Below, one piece after another: positions 11,650 to 20,000 of a stretch of 20,000 nucleotides of DNA (position 1 is its first letter; each line of letters begins with the position of its first letter). The stretch spans positions 52,364 to 72,363 of the forward strand of contig JBFLGF010000160.1 in NCBI GenBank assembly GCA_050230475.1. Direction: 5' to 3'. The stretch comes from Ancylonema sp. (taxonomy: Eukaryota). A program made the translations under genes and the position numbers. The notes below the pieces were generated by a model. It was not told the origin of the DNA, made no database searches, and saw nothing but the letters and a program-made list of their open reading frames with translations.

Positions 11650-11662
11650 AAGGGGGGGGGAG
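11650..11662 (+). promoter_or_regulatory. Gypsy polypurine tract (AA-G9-AG)
   Basis: About 30 nt after the pol stop codon and directly before TGAGAG of repeat B1. Confidence 0.9.
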
Positions 11663-11866
11663 TGAGAGCAGCACAATACCACATTGTGACTTTATGAGAT
11701 ATTATCAACATTCATCGATACGAGATTGTGACTATATGAGATCATCAACATTCAGAACTTAGAGAAGAAGAAGTTATGAAGACATCAAAAGAGATAACTC
11801 CAGTTCAGAGAGAAGTTCAAGTATTGACAACATCATTCTGGGAGGCCGACTCCAAACAACACGTCA
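11663..11866 (+). repeat. Repeat B1 (204 bp, TGA...TCA; U3-like start of the LTR)
   Basis: Follows the PPT. Direct repeat of 13022-13225 with ~11 mismatches by eye. Contains two internal copies of attgtgactWtatgagat..atcaacattca. Confidence 0.92.
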
Positions 11867-11868
11867 GC

Positions 11869-13021
11869 TATCATGACGCTAGTGATCGCTAAGGCGAAAC
11901 CCCTCTAGATTGATAAAATACCCCTTTAGATTAATATTCTGCCATAACGAGAGTATTCGATATAACGACTTTCTAGAATTAGTACTTCACAAGAAAAATA
12001 GTGAAGTACGAACTTTGTACGACTCGAAAATAACGCGTGGCGTATTTTCCGAAGTCTAGAATCCAGCAATCATCAACAAATAGCAACGTGTCGATTTTTG
12101 TTAAAATCACAAGTCCCTTTCGACTTGTCGATAATCCCGGCGATTATATCCAGCCGTAGAACTAGAGTAATATCTCGCGCCGTTTCATCGGAGCGCCGAG
12201 TTTAATTGTAATGTTCTAGAAGCCAGCCTATCGTTATCTTCGACAGTTGAACTCTAGTTAACTATGCCAGTTAGCACCGCGCAACAACTTTTTGATAACA
12301 TACAATTTGTACTTCCAGATCTGCCAGCGTCCGCTGTCAGATTGCGCTATTAAGAAATATTTTCCAACAATATTTTGTGTGTTATCTGAATCCTTGCAAT
12401 TATGTGAATATTGCATCCCTTCGCTTACGCGACTCCGCAACGTGCTCGTCTTTCGTCTCAGCCTGACATCCGTCAGACAGATAGTAAGTTCTGCGAACCA
12501 TTCTTTGCAATCTGTGTGTGTAATTTGATTCATCTGAATCTGTTGCTGACGCTCTTTCTAAGCCAGCCTTGCTATCGACTGTAATTTCTTACATCGATTC
12601 GCTGACGCTCTCTCTGAGCCAGCAAGTGTGCGTGTGTGTGTGTAAAGGTAAATCTGTCGATTTGCCTCCGTTCGCTCCGAACCGAAAATTTCCTTTGTGT
12701 GTGTGTGTTTGCTGTCGCGCGCTCCGAGCCACCATCTGTTGTTTACACCTGTGTGCTGACGCTCTTTCTGAGCCAACATCTTTTCTCGACGCACCGTCGA
12801 TACTTTGCTTTCGCACCTAAAGTAACTCTTACGGCTCTTAACCTTGATAGTATACACCAGACTACCTTGTTTGCTTTATAATATTTTCACAGACTTTTGT
12901 ATTGTAGACCATTAGTTGGCTTGCCCTCAACGTTAAGTAGTGAATTTCACCAGACCGCTGAGGCGTGTGATAGATATAATATTGATATCTCAGCTGAGAC
13001 TCAATTTGCAATACTACTTAT
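11869..13021 (+). repeat. Repeat A copy 2 (TATCATGACG...TACTACTTAT)
   Basis: Inverted relative to copy 1 and colinear with it, but more diverged than B1 is from B2. Separated from B1 by GC and has no TSD. Confidence 0.9.
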
Positions 13022-13225
13022 TGAGAGCAGCACAATACCACATTGTGACTTTATGAGATATTATCAACATTCATCGATACGAGATTGTGACTGTATGAGA
13101 TGATCAACATTTATAACTTAGAGAAGAAGAAGTTACGAGGACATCAAAAGAGAGAACTCCACTTCAGAGAGAAGTTCAAGTATTGATAACATCATTCCGG
13201 GCGGCCGACTCCAAACAACACGTCA
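13022..13225 (+). repeat. Repeat B2 (204 bp), probable right terminus of the gypsy element
   Basis: Direct copy of B1, not preceded by a PPT, ending in CA and followed by unrelated sequence (cggct...). Confidence 0.9.
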
Positions 13226-14179
13226 CGGCTTTGATTGAATAGTTGGTTTACTTTACTTTAATGTGTCTTCGTCCATAATACAACGAACGTTTGTATATTT
13301 TTTCCATCATTTTAATTCAAACCTTTTGAACCGTTCAACTCGAGTTCTTTGCTTCGCAACAACAATTCCCGTTTTTTCACTTCTTTGAAGGAATAAATAG
13401 CAATCGGTCGTTTGTTACATATAACCTTGTTTTGTAATATTAACATACTAATTCACAATGTTATCATTTCACGGGAGTGTGACACCATTGTAGCGCTTTG
13501 GAGTAGAACGACAAAAAAAATTCACTACTTGGGGCCGTTGTGTGATTAATGTTTTTAGGTGGGTGTGAGAGACAACACGTGGATGTTAGGCAACAAACAT
13601 GATAGGTATTGGATTCGGACGGACACATTTAACAAATTTATTGTAATACATACCCAACACCAAAATTGTCATAAATAAAAGTGCCGCAGACATAACTCGA
13701 GGCGTAAACGATGATCGGTCTCGAATCATAGTTTTTATACCACTCCATGGTCGCATATGTATAACAAGGTTCTACTATCAACTATCCTAGATTGTAGGCA
13801 AGGAGGTCAGCAATGCTAATGGACGGCATCTTCAAGTCGCCAAAGAGGGACTCAAGAGTGAATTTTGGTGAGCCCGTCGGTACATCCTCATCTTCATCAC
13901 ACTCTTCACTCCAACGCCAGGCTTTGTACAAATCCCTAGTGTTATAACTCTCTCTATTGTCCCTAGGGTTCCCCTAGAGAGTGCCCTAAACTTTGCTAGC
14001 TCGTAGCTAATTATCCCAGTCGCATAGTAGTTAGGCCCTATTTTGGATATTAGACCTCATCATTAGTTTGGCATTTGTTAGGCCCTATCTTCAAGCTTGT
14101 TCTTATATCGACGTAGTGTTCAGTTTGTCGTATCGAATAAGATCGTTACTAGCAAACACAACTACACTATCTCAAACTA

Positions 14180-14418
14180 CCGTACTGGCCACACATAATT
14201 ACCCGCAAATAATTATGAGAGGGGTGGATCGGGTCAAATTACATAGTTCATTTTTTCAAAAAATTGGGTCATTCTATAATGTGGGTCACCAGATACTAAT
14301 TTTTTTTCAGGGTTTTTAGAAATTTTATATTGGGTGCGCGGATTTGGGTCAAGTGGTGATTTTTTAGTTAAATTAATTCGTTTCTCAACACCCGGGTCAT
14401 TATGTATGGCCACTACGG
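14180..14418. mobile_element. MITE, Tc1/mariner-pogo-like
   Basis: ~26 bp TIRs (ccgtactggccacacataattacccg / cgggtcattatgtatggccactacgg) with TA on both sides (14178-79, 14419-20) and several internal GGGTCA motifs. Confidence 0.8.
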
Positions 14419-14516
14419 TACACCACACACCCAAAACTCCCAGTTTTGGTGTTGAATACTTCCGTACTCATGATACATCCGTTGTTGACTCTACCGGACT
14501 TGGCAAATGGTGATCC

Positions 14517-14653
14517 ATGAGTCCGACTCGGCTCAGCCGATTCCTCGAGTCGGCGTCTTCCTGACTCCAATACCTCGACACAATAAGGATTATCGGACTC
14601 GCAGTTCTCAGACTCGGACCGATTTGACTTGTTTTTCGAGTCGCGTAACACTG
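14517..14653 (-). mobile_element. Possible hAT-like transposon end
   Basis: Minus strand begins CAGTGTTACGCGACTCG and is followed by clustered GACTCG/CGAGTC motifs. No partner end or TSD found. Confidence 0.3.
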
Positions 14654-15280
14654 AAGTGCATGTTTCATTGTTGGGATGGAGACGCTCGCATCCTGAGCGC
14701 GTAGTGAGCGCGCTCAGCACGCACTCGCTAATCTTCCGAGCGCTCCGGATCCATCAATGATATATGGTCTCTAATTTTCACGTTGCCGTCTTCTTTACTC
14801 TAGAAGAGCAGAAGTAGAGTAGTACAAGAGGCAATCAACTTCGTTGTGACGCAAGGGTATATGTCCATGACGTGGAATCCAAGGCAAAGAGCAACAAGCA
14901 ACCAACTCGAGGAACTTGAAGCACTCGTAACCACCAGAGATAGGTGATCACACGTGAAGTGCAAGAAACAAGTGCTTGTGCAAATGCAACAACAAGAGCA
15001 AAAGTTCAAGCAAGGGTCGCTCGGTTCAGAAAACGGTGTGATTGCTCAATAAATATGTTACGTGTGTCTGTAAACAACTTATTACAAATCCCACAAAGAT
15101 CAATACTATAATGCCATGGAAATGAAGAGAGTCAAACTTAATGATAAAAATAACAACAAAGAAGCATTTATCAGGAATCTGGTGGAACCTAATACAGGAA
15201 TGAAATAAAAAACACGTTTTTTTTTTTCTATTTCTTTGGAACTATATCTAAGACTATGGCGTCAACTCCCTCGATTTCAC

Positions 15281-15985
15281 CTACGGCCAATTATTGATGG
15301 TTTTGAAAACTTCTGCACAACACGCCTTGTTCTCCGCCGATGCATTACTATTTTTGTCAGGATGGAATTTTGTGAGCCCAGCTCGCCGGGCTCCGTCCAC
15401 ACCCTCTCCATGCACCTGCAACACACGGTCTCGCCATCATTTCTGGGTGGATCCACACACAATTTTTTTATAAAACGAGGTTGATGAGTGCTTCGATGTT
15501 GAACTATGTCTAGCTTTGTATTGGTCAACTTCTCGTCAATACCCACGTTATTCGTGCAAGCAAAGATCCGATCCCACGTGTTTGGTCACACGGTACAGAT
15601 GAGCAACATTCACATAGACAAGGTTCCCCATCTGACTCACCATTGCAGACTGGGTAAGGTTCCTTATCCGAGGGATGGTTTCCTCACTCCAAAATATAAT
15701 GCAACACCCTCATCATCGCAACAAAAATCTCATGACCAAAAACAATTGCACGTATGCACGTGAAGCTTGACATACCTCCACACCAATCTCCTTCAAAAAT
15801 CCTAGTAACGATATCCCCTTTTTTAATGCTGCAACTTTGACCACCGCCGCCTCCTTGAGCTTCTCCATGGCCACATCTTCCTTGGCCTTCTCCTCTCCGG
15901 TCACTCGGTGCTCATACAAACGCTGCATGGAGCATTGCCACACGCACAGGTCCAGGGTCTCTGTTTTCGTCTCCGCAGTTGACAT
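15281..15985 (-). CDS. Small spliced protein with a C-terminal J-domain-like region (exons 15985-15776 and 15415-15281; 5' end uncertain)
   Basis: A phase-0 intron (GAG|gtatgt...ttgcag|GTG) joins LGFLKEIGVE to VHGEGVDGARRAGLTKFHPDKNSNASAENKACCAEVFKTINNWP*, giving an HPD motif and an 'EVFKTI' helix. Further splice sites lie upstream (acceptor at 16011; candidate exon ~16218-16156). Confidence 0.7.
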
Positions 15986-16478
15986 ACGATAGACCAAAAA
16001 GGTCCCCGAATCTAAAAAACAAAAAGCACACGATGTGGCATGTAGCATCGGCATGGCAAACTACGCCAGAATTTGTAATGCTCTTGCTTTCTTTCTTGTC
16101 AAGAGAAAGAGAGCAAACGGATTATGAAACAACCGTTGCGGATTTGTGCCTCACCTGATCTTCTCGTGAGAGCAGTGATGGAGATGCCTTGGGACCTTGG
16201 AGAGCTTCGGGTACACTCTGCAACGTAGTGGAAATCAAGATGTATTTGTCAGCTTTTGAAAACCATTGAAAGTATCACCACGGATTGCTTTCTGCCTCAA
16301 TAACTTTCTTGACGTCCTTTGCCATTAGTGACTCAGATCACCCATAACTTCTGATCTACTTCCACACATCACTTTGTCCCTCGTAAAACAATCTATATTA
16401 GAAAGGAATAGGGTAAGAGAACCACCCCTTTGCCAAGTTCAGTAGATCACAGGTCATAATGAAAACACATGGCTTCTT

Positions 16479-19400
16479 CTACCGAACAAGCCAGACAAGG
16501 ACTGAGCTCCATCCACAAACCTTTCTGGCCACCAACGACACCTTCTTTCCCATCCGTGAAGCCACCGTCATAAATGCGTCCTGAAGCTGGATGCCAGTGG
16601 TGGAAGCCAAGTAGGTGCCTCCCCCTCTCTCAGCCAGGCCTGCCATCTTCCGGGTATCGCACCCCTCCCCGAACCCAACCGTGTACACCTCCACGTCGCG
16701 TATCTGACTCCCTATGGCCGACATCTCCGCTTCCCCGTTGTAGGACACCCCATCCGACATGAACAGCAGGAGGGGCTTGAGGTGCGGCAATGCTGCTTGG
16801 GACCTCTGCAGAACCTCATTGGCCGCTCGGAGCCCGGCAGCGAAATCCGTACCACCCCCACTCATGACTGGTGGAAACCCCGCGTTAACTGTCCCCACAG
16901 GGGTGGCTTCCCATAGTACGCGCGCTGTGTCGTTATACATGATGATGGAGCACAAATCCCCCCCCCCCGCAGCAACTCTGGCGCCCAGAAACGCCTTCAC
17001 TGCAGCCACCAGCTGAGCCCACCGAGCCCCAGCCATAGACCCCGACTCGTCCAGTGCCAGTACCGCGTGGTAGGACCCACTGCCACGGTGGCAGCAGGCG
17101 TACTTGTGGCCATCCCCAGACACGTGGCCAGGCCCCTTGTAGGAGGGGCGGGCTACGGGCTCATGCCACAGAGGCAGGAGGCAGCAGGTGGACCCTTCTG
17201 CGTCCTCCGCATGGCTGTCGTGTCCGCAAGACGCATTGCAGAGACCGAATTCCTGCGTGGAAAATAACATGACACGACACGCATTTGGGGAAATGCTTAA
17301 AGGACTTCTGTGATGACACAATGGCCAATCAGTTCAGGATGGGTGCGAATGACATCTGGAGGCACTATGAAGTGCATCGTGGAGAGCTTTTGAGTTGCCA
17401 GGAACTACTTGATGACACAAGTATTGGAAACGTTCAAATGTATTAGCGGTCCCATCTTTCTGTTAGCAGCAAGAACAGCAACGCCGTACACACTCCCACA
17501 TGCAGGCACCCCCCCCCCTCCCACCTTGCGCTCGTTCTCAAAGCATGGATCTTTCCACCCAATAGACGCCCAATGGCACTCGTGTGTGAGCTCGTCCTTG
17601 GGCACACTCGTGTGTGGTCCGTACAAACAGCTCTGGTGCCTGCGCCCATCCTTGGCAGAATGCGTACAGAGGGACCCCCCCTCTGCGTCGCAGGCAGTCA
17701 TGTGGATGTGGCCCCGCTTCAGGGTGCGGCAGAACATGTCGCACATTTCTGCTTGCCCAGACTCCCCCAACTCGTACTTCCGAGACCCGATATCGATGGT
17801 CTGTAGGACCCAGCAGGGCAATGGCACCCGGCTTCCCCCGCGAGTGGTTGAGTGCAGATACAGAAATCACAGGCAAGAAGCTAGAACTTGGAGGCATGAA
17901 ACTAGAAACCATATTTGTGGTTTCTTTGTCATGCTCCAGTGTACTGAAACAAATGCGGAGCAGTTGTGTGTGGAGAGAGCACAGTAATGGGGGGGCGGAG
18001 GCAGCATCCGTGACACGTTTACAGGAGGTTAGGATAAGGTCAAGATTGTCATTGATGTTGGTTCTGAGGGCAGAAAACTTTTTTTTCCACTAAGACCCAA
18101 CCACCCCCACTTGTGACAGCCCTCTCCCACCCAATAGCCATGTTCACCCCTTTTCTTTGTCCTGGGCCATTTCATGACCACCCCACCGTACTCCATGCCC
18201 TCCTCACATGTCCTCCTGTCTCCCCTCCTTTCCCCACCTCCCCAATCACCTGACCTCTACCAAAAGTGACCTTTCCCATGTACCCCACAACCCAAAAAGG
18301 GATTATATCCCCCAGTACCTTTTCGTCTGACACAAAGTAGCATCTCCTCATCATGCCATGCGCCCCTGAGTGGAAGCCTTCATGCCCAAAAGGTTGTTCG
18401 CAGAAGTAGTTACAGGTGGGGCAGCGTTTGTCGCAGAAGTGGAGCACTGCTGGGTCCCGGGTGTGTCGGTGCTGCCCCTCATGTCGGGTGGTGAAGGGGG
18501 GGATGGGGATGCAGCACTCCTTGCGCTCCCCGTTGGCCTCACTCACCGCGTTGTACTGCAACCAGGAACAGTCCGAGGGTGAGTCCTCGTTTCTCATTGG
18601 GTGCAGAGTACTGAATACTGTCTGCGTCGTCCCGATTCCGGGTCTTGTTTTATGGTCAGAGAGAGACGGGGATGAGTTCAAATGCATAGGAGGGCGCAAT
18701 CTTTGGTCGAAACTGCAGTCAGCGACTTCACATTTCTGCTTGAAGCCCTTCTTTCAAAAATATATGATGGAAAAAGAAGTCAGAGAAAAGAGAGGAAAAA
18801 AGAACAAGGTAGTATCACAAAACACCCCTTCGCCTGAATCACCTTGAACACGCCGCGTGCTCCAAAATACTCCTCCTCCTCCTGCTTCATCTCAATGGAT
18901 ACTGCGCAGATCCCTTCACACTCACACTCAGCAGTACAGCTGTGGCTCTGCCCACAAAAGTGCTTCCCAAGATACTGCCAGTCATCAAAGGGGCTGACCC
19001 CCCTCCCACTCTCCTCCCTGAAGGTGAGGGAGTGAGGGGAGGCGTGAAAGTGGTCTCGGGCATTACAGCTCTGCATGTAGCAGCACAAGGGCCGAATAAG
19101 GACATGAGGACCCAGGCCTCACCCAATGCTCATACGCCCCCTGAAGACATGTACTCTACACAAAAAAATGGTGTTACAACGTAGACACTGGATTTGAAGC
19201 AAACAAACGACTGACTACCAGTTATTACCCGTTATTTTTATATTGTATACTCCTGATTCACTTGTTTTTTAAATCAAGGAAAGCAGCACGACAAGCAACA
19301 CGGAGGCGGGGGGGACCCTGAAGGCATCCTGGCACCAAGCAGAGGTGGGTGCAGACACCCTCTAGGCACTTGTGGACGCTGTGGTCTGTCCCATGTGCCA

Positions 19401-19982
19401 CCTGGCACTTGCCACGACAGCATGCAGCCGAACACGGGTGGCCGCAGAGGTGGATGGGGGCACTGCACAGGTGGTGGGGTCCTTCCGAAGAGGACGCGTG
19501 TTTCTGGTGACCTGACTTCTTGGAGCAGACTTCGTTGCAGTTGAGGCAGCCGCGCAGGGAGCACTCTTGGCCACACGTGTGAGATTTCACTCTGCGTGGG
19601 AGGAATGGCGTGAGATACGGCAGGTGTTAGCCGGAGATGGGGAGATATAAGGATGGAGAACATTGGAACCAGAACAAGTATAGCGTCATCTTTGGTAAGA
19701 TTACATTAAGAGTTACACCATTACATGTAAGAGTTGTTGGATCATACACAACGTGCGAGTCCAGCAATTTTAGCAGTACTGGAGGTAAGGAAATACACAC
19801 CTGCAGTCGTGCCGTCCAGCATGGCCCATCTTCTCCGCACACGACCCTTGGGTTCCCTCTTCATCACAGAAATGACAGCTGTCCGTGCACTTGTGGGAGC
19901 TCATGCATGAGTGCAGTTCGTTTTCGTGGCCACGCGGAGACAAGCAGCGCAGGTAGCACTGGCTGCACGTAGCCCCACATAC
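16479..19982 (-). CDS. 3' part of a large multi-exon Cys/His-rich repeat + VWA domain protein
   Basis: Exons 19982-19801, 19591-~19318, 19070-18843, 18555-18319, 17800-17525 and 17252-16479 (or a donor at 16521). All but one intron are phase-consistent GT-AG. Repeated C..C..C..GH..H.C units; VWA MIDAS motifs LDESGSM, GGGTDF and FMSDG. Confidence 0.88.
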
Positions 19983-20000
19983 CTGCATAACATATATATA

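Noticed and set aside
7829..13021. DIRS-like element or TIR DNA transposon with long inverted terminal repeats
   Set aside because: The interior encodes a DDE integrase and PPT with no tyrosine recombinase or transposase, RT is cut at the left arm, and the arms are TG..CA LTR-like segments from two insertions.
11663..13225. TRIM (B-internal-B) or solo-LTR insertion of A
   Set aside because: There is no PBS after B1, no PPT before B2 and no TSD around A, B2 or the whole unit. Not formally excluded.
13930..13995. Telomere-like CCCTA repeats
   Set aside because: Only scattered CCCTAG/CCCTAAA words with no tandem array.
16574..19972. Plus-strand ORFs overlapping the VWA gene
   Set aside because: They are antisense shadows of GC-rich exons with no motifs.

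Overview
Eukaryotic DNA with spliced genes and LTR retrotransposons; the element types suggest a green alga or bryophyte (inference). Bases 1-13225 are a nest of decayed LTR retrotransposons. A full-length Ty1/copia element (1261-7823; TSD ATTCA; half-tRNA-iMet PBS) sits inside a ~1.15 kb TG..CA repeat 'A' on the minus strand (1180-8900). That A copy is followed by a PBS complementary to its own interior and by an unknown ORF, and it interrupts the RT of a plus-strand Ty3/gypsy pol (RT-RNaseH-integrase-PHD). The pol ends in PPT-B-A-B, where B is a 204 bp TG..CA repeat. Together these suggest a self-priming, PHD-integrase gypsy family with a split (permuted) LTR layout A...B-A-B, possibly integrated from a 2-LTR circle cut at an internal CA-GC-TG site. 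This is the main candidate novelty. The rest of the window holds a TA-flanked MITE, a possible hAT end, a small spliced J-domain (HPD) gene that the ORF track misses, and the 3' exons of a large Cys/His-rich + VWA gene, both genes on the minus strand.
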